From NCBI GenBank assembly GCA_023334545.1, contig JAADVB010000022.1, positions 60,398 to 124,397 of the forward strand: a stretch of DNA of 64,000 nt, written 5' to 3'. This document shows, in pieces, positions 47,019-57,788 of the stretch (positions are counted from its first letter, which is position 1; every line of letters starts with the position of its first letter). This DNA is from Salisapilia sapeloensis CBS 127946. Taxonomy: Eukaryota; Protista; Oomycota. A program made the translations under genes and the position numbers. Under the pieces are notes generated by a model that was not told where the DNA came from, did not search any database, and saw nothing but the letters and a program-made list of their open reading frames with translations.

Positions 47019-47090
47019 TGCGCCGTCGGGGAATTGAACCCCGACCTTCTCCTTGGAAGGGAGAAATCCTAACCATTAGACCAACGGCGC
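47019..47090 (-). tRNA. tRNA-Gly (anticodon TCC)
   Basis: 72 nt; acceptor GCGCCGT/ACGGCGC+A; anticodon arm TCTCC-CTTCCAA-GGAGA; same T arm; T5 terminator. Confidence 0.95.
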
Positions 47091-47202
47091 TTATATATAC
47101 TTGAGAAAATATTTAATTAATATATTGTTAAAAATGATAACAAATATCCTCTACCTATGGTAATGCGCCCTTTCACATCTACTGCAGCGCCGCTCGGACT
47201 AG

Positions 47203-48999
47203 ATGGACTCTAGTCTAAGTTACCAAGTGAGCTATGTCTATGCAAGGAGTCTCAGTGCAGAGACAACTGCAGCAGGACTTCGATATCGCGACCCTGAACC
47301 TGCTAGAGCTCTTCCATCCGCTCGGCGTGGGCATACTTGGACAATAGTGGATGATTACAGCTACCTCTTCGGTGGATGGACGAATGGATATACTTGCAGC
47401 CGTGGTCAAGAGCATGTTTGTAGCACAGGAGCAGGACTGAGCAATGAATTGTGGCGCTTCGATGCGAAAATAGACGCCTGGACAGAACTCGTAGTGACCG
47501 ACGACAAGAAGCCACCACCACGTGAAAAGCACTCAGCATCTCTTGTTCAGGAGCGATTACTTGTTTTCAGTGGAAAGACCGATTATCCGTTACTCGACGA
47601 AGCACCAGCAGGAGATTTATGGGAGCTAAGCATATCATCTAGAACTCGCCTTCGTATTATTACGATGCAAGGCCATGAGACTTTCATCCCGGTGTTAGAT
47701 GGCAAACAAAGTTTCGCAATGGAGAGCATGAGTGTGGAAGACGATATGTGCATTGTAGACATGACTGTAAAGGTTGATTTATCTCATACGTGTTCCCAAA
47801 CGCTGGAGATAGAACTCTTCGGACCTGGTTCATCAACCTTTGCTCATCGTCAGCTAGGAGACACGTTTCCAATCGATCCTCAGACAGAAGAGACTGTATG
47901 GAATGATAAAGATGGCTTCCAAAGTGGAAATACTCGCCAACTACCGCTTCATCCTCGAGTACGATCTTATCCTGTCATTTTGCAGCGTTCAGATCCTTAC
48001 TCTCCTCACGATAGGAATGGAGCAACTTGTACTTCTGTCCCCCAGCATCTTGTGTATACTTCTAAGGAGAACTCCAGCCCATCCGATAAATCTTTCGAAT
48101 CGCTATCTGTATTCCATCAGCTTCCGCCTGTTGGTGACTGGACACTTGGGATCTCGGACACAGCAATGGATGGACATGAAGGTGTCTTGAACTCATGGGA
48201 GATGAAATTTACTTTGTCTCCGTGTGTCCCAACGTACGAATGGAAAGACCTTACTTCCAAGATGACTGGACAAGTACCATCTCCTCGTTACCATCACACG
48301 GCAATCATGTCGCGAAAGAGTTTATTTGTGTACGGAGGGTATCGTACTCGAGACAACACGTTGCTATCCGATCTGTACAGACTGGATTATGAATCAGACA
48401 AAGACCAAGTCCACTGGGTCCAGCTCCAAGCTGCTGTCTCAAGTCTATCGTTAGAGAAAATGTATCACACAGGACGACAGTTAATGCTCACTCCTTTTGA
48501 ACTAGTGACATTAGACAAGGGCATTCGCTCTACCCACACAACAGATAGTACAAAACAAAATGATTCTTATCTACTTCACCGACGAGTGACAGATGCGAAT
48601 GAAGGATGGCAAGTCGTGAAGACTCATGTACAGCATCAAGAACATTTCGCCCGACAGCGATCGAGTCGGTATAATACTGCCAGTGTCTTTGTGTACGTTC
48701 AAAAGTACATTGGTGATAGGACAGATATGAAGGCGTATACATTTGGTGGAGAAGATGATACGACTATCTATAACGACATGTGGTCCATCAATGTCGATCA
48801 ACTGTCAGACACGTTATCCTACGACCACGAGACGGATCGACAGAAAGTTGTATGCAGTTGGCGAATGACGAACAGTGCATATGAAGACGCATGGTCAGCT
48901 TCCTGTGGGTCAATGACACTAAGTGACAATACGTGTGCTTTAGAAACGCTGCTACTCTACGCCTGGTGTGATCAATCGTACCAATCCATTTGTCTTTAA
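47203..48999 (+). CDS. Kelch-repeat protein with inserted proprotein-convertase P domain
   Basis: Kelch motifs RRGHTW..YLFGGW, PREKHSA, PRYHHTA..VYGGY, TFGGED. P domain VDMTVKVDLSHTC..LEIELFGP..GDWTLGISD..GVLNSWEMKF. Possible upstream ATG at 47157 plus a 43-nt intron. Confidence 0.82.
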   Translation: MDSSLSYQVSYVYARSLSAETTAAGLRYRDPEPARALPSARRGHTWTIVDDYSYLFGGWTNGYTCSRGQEHVCSTGAGLSNELWRFDAKIDAWTELVVTDDKKPPPREKHSASLVQERLLVFSGKTDYPLLDEAPAGDLWELSISSRTRLRIITMQGHETFIPVLDGKQSFAMESMSVEDDMCIVDMTVKVDLSHTCSQTLEIELFGPGSSTFAHRQLGDTFPIDPQTEETVWNDKDGFQSGNTRQLPLHPRVRSYPVILQRSDPYSPHDRNGATCTSVPQHLVYTSKENSSPSDKSFESLSVFHQLPPVGDWTLGISDTAMDGHEGVLNSWEMKFTLSPCVPTYEWKDLTSKMTGQVPSPRYHHTAIMSRKSLFVYGGYRTRDNTLLSDLYRLDYESDKDQVHWVQLQAAVSSLSLEKMYHTGRQLMLTPFELVTLDKGIRSTHTTDSTKQNDSYLLHRRVTDANEGWQVVKTHVQHQEHFARQRSSRYNTASVFVYVQKYIGDRTDMKAYTFGGEDDTTIYNDMWSINVDQLSDTLSYDHETDRQKVVCSWRMTNSAYEDAWSASCGSMTLSDNTCALETLLLYAWCDQSYQSICL

Positions 49000-49035
49000 C
49001 TCTCCAAGCTCTTACATGACGCTCTTCAAACTACA

Positions 49036-51080
49036 TCACATGTCGTACTCTAGAGAAAAATCAAAGGGCGCCCATCGCTCTCGAAACTTGTTCGTTGCGT
49101 CCGCTTCCTCCTTCTCAGACAAGACACAACGACGCCAATCCAATCGATCCGGACGATTCAACACGATCGTCGCAATGCGTCGAGCAAATGTCATGTCATG
49201 TCGTCCATGTACGACATGCAGCAAGTTTGTCGAGTTCCCTTCTGCATCCGGTACTTCCACATACAAGAACGACGTTTCATCACCCAGCGCCTCTCGCAGA
49301 CCAACTCCAGGTGGGAGGACTTGAAAGTCGATACCAGACTTGCGCCCTTCCTCCTCCACAGTCTTCCGAGCGTCCTGCATCATCTCACCTGGTATCCCAA
49401 CCACCTGCAAATGCCAATGCAGTGTGCCTTTCGTAGCTACATTTCGATCCAAGACCATCATGCCTAGTCCTTGGGACGCATAATACTTCTTTAAAGCATC
49501 CAAGAACTTGTCAATCTCCTGTCGAGTCGCTTCCGGTAGACGAAGGGAGCTCTGGGCGTGAGCAACTGGTACGACTACCAAGTGCTCGTCATTGATACCA
49601 CCCTTGGCGAGTGCCAAGTAAGCGTGCTCTCCAATTGTAACGATCAATTGACGTGCTACTTTTGGTGTAGCTAGGCAGAACCAGCACTCGGTACGGTGTG
49701 GAACTTTAGTAAAGTCCTTTGGGCCAGAATTTGAGGTGGAAGGACCGTGCGTGTCGTAGAAGAACTGATTCGCGTTGGCGCTCTGCTGCGTCAGCTTCGA
49801 CACCTGGTCTGAGGATAGTCCAGCGGTCTTTGGACGCTTAGTGGACTGGAGGGATGCGTCATCGTGACCTCGTTTATTATGAGGCTGGATATACGGATTG
49901 GCTGTCGTACCGGAAGGCACTTCTACGTTCGAGGTGGAGGTGGAAGGAGTGACTTGGAGAGCGTGCAGGTACTTCTTGCTCTTGTCTTTCGAGTCATTTA
50001 CGCCGCAAAGACCAATGAGACGTGTAACCTGTTTCTTACCTCCGTCCAGATCACTAAAGTATGGTAGACGCTGGTAAAAGACCGCATTATCGTCGGATGC
50101 TGGCGAGGCACTGATGACGTGATACTTTGGAAAGACTTGTTGAAGGAAAGGAGCGAGTGCATCGACTTTCTGGACCGAAGTAGGTACTTGGCTGGTCGAT
50201 ACAAGCTTGTCGAAGCTATAGAAACGTAGGAAAAGATTAGTATCTATGTATAAGTAGGAGGAAACATGTATGTGGGATGAAAATGTTGTTACTTGGCAGG
50301 GTATTCAGTGGTGAGTAAGAAATCGAGACAATTGTCCCCGTGGTCTTTTACTTGCGTAAGTAAAGAATCAATCTAGATATGTTTCCAACAGATGCAGGTA
50401 GCATTGTGATAGATATTAGTACGACTGTCACGCATGGACGACGTGTGTACATTTTCATGTTTTGGATCACATCTCACCGTTTCAGACGAATATTTCCATA
50501 ATGAACTGTCAGAAGACTTAGTCTCAGTGGATGTAGAATCTAGGTGTCCGCTGTATGTTCCAGGTAGGTACGCCACGGACAAGCCACCAATCTAATGGAC
50601 GAGTGGTCGATATCGTAAGCATAAGCATGTTTCATATTTTGCATCATACGCATGAGGTTGAGAATAGAGACCACGATCGACAATATCCTTCATGTCAATA
50701 TGTAAGACACGTACCGTTTGGACGCCAGGATGTGCAAGACAGAAGCAGTTGGGGGCAATCACGACAGGAGCTTTCTCACCGTCCGTCTTCGTCTGCTCGA
50801 TAGTAGTCAATACATCCGAGTATGGGCCGCCTTCTTCATCTTCAACCAAGTCTCGTAGAGCTTCTTCATCTGCGGCAGTCGGTAGCAAGTAGGTTGGAAT
50901 CGGCACTTGCTCGACCTCGGTCAAGTACTCGATCGGGAACGGGAAGACACCGCCCACTACAAGCAGCATGTCGAACGGAGCAGCTTTCTTCGCGGCAGCA
51001 CTGGCATTGAGCTTGCGCACGCGTTCAAAGATGAGCTCCCAATTGCCATCGACACGGCCACACAGGAGCACCTTGCCCAT
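49036..51080 (-). CDS. CWF19L1: CWF19-like protein 1 (Drn1), multi-exon
   Basis: N-terminal KVLLCGRVDG..PFDMLLVVG; CwfJ C-terminus CWFCLAT..IGEHAYLALAKG..HWHLQVV..WAPFDF. Confidence 0.92.
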
Positions 51081-52237
51081 TCTTGTGATTTCGGGTGTTC
51101 ATCCAAGGATCGGTACGAAGATGGTACCTTGATGGTACTGCGGATACCTACCTGCATTTCCATTCAGACGGCGTCGACTACCGAGTAGCGAGTGACCAGA
51201 TCTAGCCGATTTAATTGTGATGGTCGATTATGGATTTTTTAGCGGCGTCTTTACGTCCTTTTTGACCATGGCACCTTGTCTGCCTTCCCGTATTCCAGAC
51301 CGAATGTTGAAGCCAGTATGTTTAATAAACAAGATGCAAGGTTTCCACAAACTATCGTGGGGAAGCTTAATCTTTAGAGAGCAAGCAGAGGCTCCAGTCA
51401 CACGATGTGCCCGTTCGTACTAGAGCTCCTTGCATACGTGCAAGTGGATAGACTTCAAACGAGCGGATTCTATCCTTTACTTGCCCTACTTTCCGTAGGA
51501 AACACTAAACAATGAGATGTGGCACTGTGGGCGGAAGGGCCACCGTTAGCTATGCGATCTCATCATGTAGACATGATGGGTGGAGGTTAGCTGGCTATAA
51601 AAGCGCACGAGCTGCGCAACAAGTGGATTTTCGTGCTTCCATCAATACTTGACTTTCTTCCAAAGCAGCTTGTTTCGATAAAGCGTCCTCTCTCGAGCCT
51701 ACCCACTAAAGCTCAAACATCGAAACCTAGCAAACTCAACCAAAAGTCATGAGCATGCGCTGCTAGCAGTCGCTGCTTTTCATGTTTTTCATACAATCGT
51801 CAGCGGATACATGTTTATGCCGTTCGTCTATATATCTCCCTAGCGCGTACATGTCAGCTACAACGCTGCGCGCGCATGCAATTGTAGCTTCAATAGTTTG
51901 TTCTAGTACATCTGAACTGCAACCTAACCATCCCACTTCGACAAGATGGCTACTTTTTCCCTGATCACGTGGCCAGTGGCTTAAGCGAACGTTGCCTTGC
52001 CCCATTTGCCGCGAGCAGCTCACCCTGCTGCTGTCTTCTATACTTCCATAATAGATGCTACCAACTATACGGAGTTTTGGTAGACTTCAGACCAGGATCA
52101 GTCCTCCGCTTGCACCTTGATCTTATCGCGTACCTCCACCTGTTTCTTGTCCCTTCTAGAGGGCGCAAGTCACGAGTAGCTAAAGTGACTGATCCTGTGG
52201 TCAATCGAACGAGCGTAAGGTCTCTTTGCGTAAAGAA

Positions 52238-52253
52238 GCTCATTTACCGATTT
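52238..52253 (+). promoter_or_regulatory. INR-FPR core promoter of the tyrosinase gene
   Basis: GCTCATTTACCGATTT, a 15/16 match to the oomycete consensus, about 50 nt before ATG 52304. Confidence 0.7.
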
Positions 52254-52303
52254 CCGGTTCACCTCTCAAGGTATTTCTCCATCGCTCACGCTTTGCAGCA
52301 ACC

Positions 52304-54448
52304 ATGAGACTCTTCTTGCAACTTTGTGCAGCTGCAATCGGCTTGCTCTCTTACACCAACGGTGTCGACGGCGCTTGCCAGGAAGCTCGCGTTCGTAAGA
52401 ACTGGGACTCGTACACTGACCAGGAAAAGGAAACGTACCAGAATGCGCTTGCGGCGGCCATGGACTCTGGCGAGTACATCAAGTTCGTAGAAATCCACAT
52501 GGAACAAATGTCCGAGCGGGAAGCGCACGGCCAGTGCATGTTCCTGTACTGGCACCGCATGTTCATCCTTGGCTTTGAAAACATGCTTCGAGCACAAGGC
52601 CCCGAGTTCGAGTGCGTCACGCTTCCATATTGGGACTGGATTACCGCCAACAACCGTATGACCAACGGCGAATGTGAGAATATCCTGGACTGTTCTGCCA
52701 TTACGCAGGAGCTCGGTGGCGTCAGCTCCGGCTCTGCCCGTTCGCTGACCATCAACGGACGCAGATCCGCTGGTACTTGCGTCAACACGCATCCGTTTGA
52801 CCACTTCTGTGAATCGGAAGCTGCCTTTGAGAGCGGCAACTGTGCACAATGTGTTACTCGAGGTGACTGGGCGAACGCTCAGATTCCGCGCAACACAGCG
52901 TATTCCAGTGTCTTACAGCAGATCTTCTCCGCCCAGGACATCGGTACCGCCGGCCCACAGATCGAAGGTGGATGCCACAACCCAGTCCACTCGAACATGG
53001 GTGGAGCCATGACGACGCTCGCATCTCCTTACGACCCGATGTTCTTCTCTCACCACGCCATGGTCGATCTCTTGCAGACCATTTTCTTCAAATGCAAGGT
53101 CGGCACGCGGTCCATGACATTTGAAGAGAAGGCCGACTCGGTCGGATGGAGCTCCTGCAACCGTCGTGGTAGCAACGTCCGCTTCCAGCCGACGGATGAT
53201 GCCGTGCTGAGGACTGCCGACAGCGGTGGTCCCGCCGTCTCTGTCTGGGATGACAATGACATGAGCAAGTACTTCCCATCGGACCGTCGTTACGCTGCCT
53301 TGATGGATGCCGGTGATCTTGGTGAATTCAGCTACACGTACGAGGTCAACGGTTTCCTGGCGACCATGTACAATGGCTGCAATGGTGAAATTCCGCCCTT
53401 GGATGACGGATCCGCAGCTAGTGAATCTGCCGATGGATCCTCTGCTTCCGCTTCTGCTTCTGCTTCTACCGAGGGCTCCTCTGCTTCTGCTTCTACCGAC
53501 GGCTCCTCTGCTTCTGCTTCTGCTTCCTCTGGTGGATCGGATGAAACTACGGCTCCTCCTTCGGAGCCGACCGACGCCCCTGCGCAGACGACTGAAGCTC
53601 CTGCAACTGGTTCTCCTCTCTCTGATCCGTCGGACGCTCCGGCTCAGACCACGGATGCTCCGGCCGAAGACAGCGGATTTGACAACCAGTGGGGTATTGG
53701 TGGTCGTTGGGGACGTTGGCCACGATGGTTGTACTTCTGGCTGCACCGCGCAGCTAACCTTGGACACCACGGCCGTCATCTACAGGATTGCGACCCGCAG
53801 TTCCCGGAAGACAACACCAATGCAGGCACCCCAGCTACTCCGGCTCCTACCACTGCTCCAGTTGATAGCAACTACGAGGCCTACAACCCTTCTGCTTCTC
53901 CTGCGACCCCTGCTCCTACCGATTCTCCTACGGACGCCCCGGATTCGTACTCGAAGCCTTTGGACATTGTTATCGGTACGCTCGAGGAGAAGGATGAGTC
54001 GACGATTGCCGTCGTGGACTGGTACGTTGAGCTGCTACAGGACGTGGTGAAGAAAACAAAGGAGCCGATGGCTGAAATGGAGCGCATTTCGTGTGTGTAC
54101 TACGATGAGTGCCATGGCCCTGACACGCCCTTCACGCCGGAAGCCATCGAGTGGTTCGGACAGAAGGAATCTCGTTGCGCGAGCATTGTCAAGGCCATCG
54201 CTGCCGGTGAACAAAAGATCAGCTTTGAAAACTGGCGTGACGCTACGCATAAGCGCTTCGGATGCCCACAGAAGGGCGTAAGCAGCGCCAGTGAGGCCTC
54301 TGACAACACGGGCGACTACAGCAATGAGGTTGGTGACTACGACAACAACGACGCTGGTGCTTACTCGGACGTATCTGTTCAAATCGGTGCCCACGTTCCT
54401 CTTGGCAACACGACAACCAAAAGCAACAACGATGGAGACTACAACTAA
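52304..54448 (+). CDS. Secreted tyrosinase-like type-3 copper protein with Ser/Thr/Pro/Ala linker and C-terminal domain
   Basis: Signal peptide; CuA EIHM..EAHGQCMFLYWHR; CuB HNPVH..DPMFFSHHAMVD. Confidence 0.93.
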   Translation: MRLFLQLCAAAIGLLSYTNGVDGACQEARVRKNWDSYTDQEKETYQNALAAAMDSGEYIKFVEIHMEQMSEREAHGQCMFLYWHRMFILGFENMLRAQGPEFECVTLPYWDWITANNRMTNGECENILDCSAITQELGGVSSGSARSLTINGRRSAGTCVNTHPFDHFCESEAAFESGNCAQCVTRGDWANAQIPRNTAYSSVLQQIFSAQDIGTAGPQIEGGCHNPVHSNMGGAMTTLASPYDPMFFSHHAMVDLLQTIFFKCKVGTRSMTFEEKADSVGWSSCNRRGSNVRFQPTDDAVLRTADSGGPAVSVWDDNDMSKYFPSDRRYAALMDAGDLGEFSYTYEVNGFLATMYNGCNGEIPPLDDGSAASESADGSSASASASASTEGSSASASTDGSSASASASSGGSDETTAPPSEPTDAPAQTTEAPATGSPLSDPSDAPAQTTDAPAEDSGFDNQWGIGGRWGRWPRWLYFWLHRAANLGHHGRHLQDCDPQFPEDNTNAGTPATPAPTTAPVDSNYEAYNPSASPATPAPTDSPTDAPDSYSKPLDIVIGTLEEKDESTIAVVDWYVELLQDVVKKTKEPMAEMERISCVYYDECHGPDTPFTPEAIEWFGQKESRCASIVKAIAAGEQKISFENWRDATHKRFGCPQKGVSSASEASDNTGDYSNEVGDYDNNDAGAYSDVSVQIGAHVPLGNTTTKSNNDGDYN
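53432..53530 (+). repeat. Coding (GCTTCT)n / DGSSASAS repeats in the tyrosinase linker
   Basis: Three imperfect copies of GA(T/G/C)GG(A/C)TCCTCT(GCTTCT)n. Confidence 0.8.
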
Positions 54449-54680
54449 GCCGGAGTCGCGACCTTAGCGACTCTAAGCGCAAGTTGTAGTATTTCTGACA
54501 TTGCAGCAGCAGGGATGGTTGCTAGATGTTGGAAAGACCTTGACTCTTCGCGTATTGTTGATCGACTACTTTTGCATGGATGTAAGAAAGAAACCCTTTT
54601 TGGATTGATTGTACGTTTCTGTCTTGACGACATGTCCTTTGAATCAATGATGAAGTAGTTGCGCCCATGTATTACTTGTC

Positions 54681-55377
54681 TTAGCCTTTGAGCATGAAGT
54701 TCGGGTCTCGTCGATACTTTTGCTCAAATCGTTCCATCCACTTGTCCAGCAAATTCGTAGGTACCGTCATGTACGCCTGACCTGAGTCCGTGGCAAAGGA
54801 AGACATGAAATTAAATAGGTCTTGTGCGATCTTCAGCGCAAAGGTCTTGCGTTCCATCAGGCCGCTGCCTTCCATGCCGAGGTTGCGCACACTGTCAAGA
54901 CTTTCGATCGAGATGCCCAGTTGCACAGACGCTTGGTTTTGCACGTCCGGGTGGCTTGTCCAGCCTGTACGAAGGATGGCACTAGGTTTCTCAGCAAAGA
55001 CTGTGCCTAGTGGTTGCCAATTTTGAAGTGCTGGTACTGCAAAGTAGAGAACAGCTATAATATCATGCTCAGTACAGTTATGAATGGATGATCGTAGCTA
55101 CGAATGAGTACCTCCACACCCTGGCGGGACAGGAGAGTTGGGAAGTAGGAAGAAAGTGAGATCAGTTACTTGCGTTGGCTCGGGAATTTCGATCATGTAG
55201 CGCTCAGGAGCAATTTGCCTACACGAGTAGCATCCACAGTTCATAGAGAGCTTGATTAGAACGTTTAAAGCAATGCATACACTTTTAGGAGCTTGCAACG
55301 TACATGAAGTCAGTCAGTACCGGTCGACCGGCAATGACGACGCCGAATTGACCAACGGAGTTGGCAGGAGCAGCCAT
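54681..55377 (-). CDS. HIKESHI: Hikeshi/OPI10 (HSP70 nuclear import carrier), multi-exon
   Basis: FGVVIAGRP; VTDLTFFLLP; LGISIE; KIAQDLFNFMSSF..VPTNLLDKWMERFEQKYRRDPNF. Confidence 0.92.
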
Positions 55378-55618
55378 TTCTTGCACCAATTTACTTGTAG
55401 TTGTGCCGTAGGATGTAGCGGCGGTAGGAGACAGGATGTGATCAAAGGTACTGCGGCGAGAGTATTCTAGAAGCAAGTGTAACCAAGCTGACTCAAGCAC
55501 TTTTGTTCCTGTGCGTATTTCGATGTTTTATCTTGTGTCCCAATATCTCGTGATTTTCAGTTGTATGCATCAAAGTATGGATGTGAGACGGACATAAAGC
55601 ATGACAACAAGCTGTGCG

Positions 55619-57140
55619 ATGGCATCGGGCGAGGGCGATCGACCGCTTCATGTAATCGTAGCTGATGATCACCACCACATTTTACCTGAAATTCATCTAG
55701 TAGGTGCATTCAATGTCGTATTAGCTGGAAATATGTCTAAAGTGCTGCTTGGTGTCCTAGGCAATCCGCCGCCGTCGATTACCATTCGATGGCATCCACT
55801 TGGTCCATCTCGATGCTCATCCGGATCTATCTTTTCCTAGAAACGTGAATGCAGATATCGTGTACAAACCAAACGAACTGTATGACTGTCTGGATGAGTC
55901 TGTGGCAGGTATGCATAAAATAGTGATCATGTAGTAGTCTTTCAAAGGTATCAAGTGGATTTGTCCTAGGAATAGCAGAGTTTCTACTTCCACTCGTTTA
56001 CGCAGGACATGTGAGTCAGATGACGTGGATCAAACCCAAGTGGGCTGCTCAGGTACGTTGGCTTCTGAGAGGTATAAAATATCATCTCGTTATTTGTAAT
56101 CGTGGGTAGATGGCTTGTGGTCAGTACCCGCAACTTGCAGTTGGTAAGCATGAAAAAACAGGTTCGGACTCTAGTGGCTGACTCGATACAATTGACACGT
56201 CGATGGTTGATCTTGTATATGATTAGAACGTCTTTGCTTATCCTATCCTGGAGTTCATTTCATCGAAGACGAAACGTACTGTCCACTGGATGAAATGGAC
56301 CCACAGACAGTCAAGTGCGTAGACCACACTGCTTTGTAAAAATGATAGACGATTAATAAGCTTGCTTACGTACTGCTCAACAGGTTCTGGGATCTTTTCG
56401 TCGACGAATTTCAACGCCAATCAGATTCTACTGCTTGCTCCACGTTAGAGGGAAGCACATCACTAACTGGCAAGCCATGCATCCTGGACATTGACTTGGA
56501 CTATTTTTCAACTTGGAATCCTTTCTTGAAAGGTATGACGCAATAATTTGAAGATATCTTATTCGTCTCATCATCTGAGAATGCAGAACTCGAAGAGTTT
56601 TTATGTGACGAGGAACGCAAGATCCTACGTAAAGTCTTCATATATGTACGATACAGGGATCCAAAAGCATCTCTGACTGCTACTGAGCGAGTGGATCAAA
56701 AGAAGCAGTTCACATCCGCATGTGAACGTCTGCATCAAGAGCAATTGTACTATTCATATGAATCGGAAGAGTGCCAACTTTTGCTTGATACGCTTCTATC
56801 CTTGTACGACGATACGATCGACTGCAAGGATTTGCTCCAGCAGTTCTGTAAACTATTGGCACGCAAGGAAGCTTCAATGGTGGAAAAGATCTTTGACTGG
56901 GGTCCTTGTCTCGACCTTCCTCACCACGAAACTTCTTCCGACGACATCGCTTTAATGCTCGACGAATTGGAGCAGTATATCGAAAAATCAGGTCTATCTC
57001 CATGGTTAGTGACCATCGCCAAGTCCGTTGGCGATGAATTTCTTCCCCCACATCAAGTCGATGATGTCCTCGATGCAGTCATGCAACTGCTGGAACGTCA
57101 ATTTGGACGTTTAGATGTAAACTTTATACAATACGACTAA
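55619..57140 (+). CDS. UPF0489 (C5orf22-like) protein, multi-exon
   Basis: [10 protein letters not shown]; VHLDAHPDL; [14 protein letters not shown]; [14 protein letters not shown]. Confidence 0.88.
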
Positions 57141-57203
57141 GCATGGACGAGAGAAAGATGGAATATGAACTTGTTGAAGCATACATAAGTTTAATCAAAG
57201 TAC

Positions 57204-57494
57204 TTAGCGAGATCCGAAGACTGTCTGCCAAATGTCTTGCTTGGCGGCCGTGGCATTTGCGTTGGCTGTGAATGCCGAGTGCATGTCTGTTTCGAGCAAC
57301 GGTGCTTCGTCCAATGCTTCCTTTAGCTGGCGTTCGTACTCGACGCCGTACACTTCACACCAGGCTTGTTCGCCCTTGCTCAATGCGCCAATGTGAGGCG
57401 CTTGTGCGACTGTCGACGGCGTCACTGCTTGCTGTAGTTCCTTCGTGCTCATGGTGCTCAATGCACGGCGGGCGAGGTGGCGGGTAGCTGACAT
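57204..57494 (-). CDS. Small uncharacterized protein with mitochondrial-type presequence
   Basis: 96-aa ATG ORF; MSATRHLARRALST presequence; fills its own slot between two genes. Confidence 0.65.
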   Translation of the reverse strand: MSATRHLARRALSTMSTKELQQAVTPSTVAQAPHIGALSKGEQAWCEVYGVEYERQLKEALDEAPLLETDMHSAFTANANATAAKQDIWQTVFGSR

Positions 57495-57788
57495 CTTTAT
57501 TGAGCCGGGAATGCTTCTTGGACGACAAATTCAGGAATGAAGAGTTGAAATGTTTGGTAACCTAGAGGTCATCACGTTCAATAGCGTCGACAGCGTCATC
57601 AGGGCTGGATAAAGCAAATGACTGATTTTTTGTATGCAATGATTATCTTCTAGAAATAATCAGTATTTATTCCGCAGATACGCAAGTAACCTCAAAGTAT
57701 AGGAATCCATTAAGCTTTCAATTCAACCAGGACACATTCATTCGTAGCTAATGCTTGTCTATATCGCATGATCTCAACTTCAATGCAG

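Noticed and set aside
51217-52243. Short ORFs between CWF19L1 and the tyrosinase
   Set aside because: 60-112 aa, several with non-ATG starts, and no motifs or clear splice structure.
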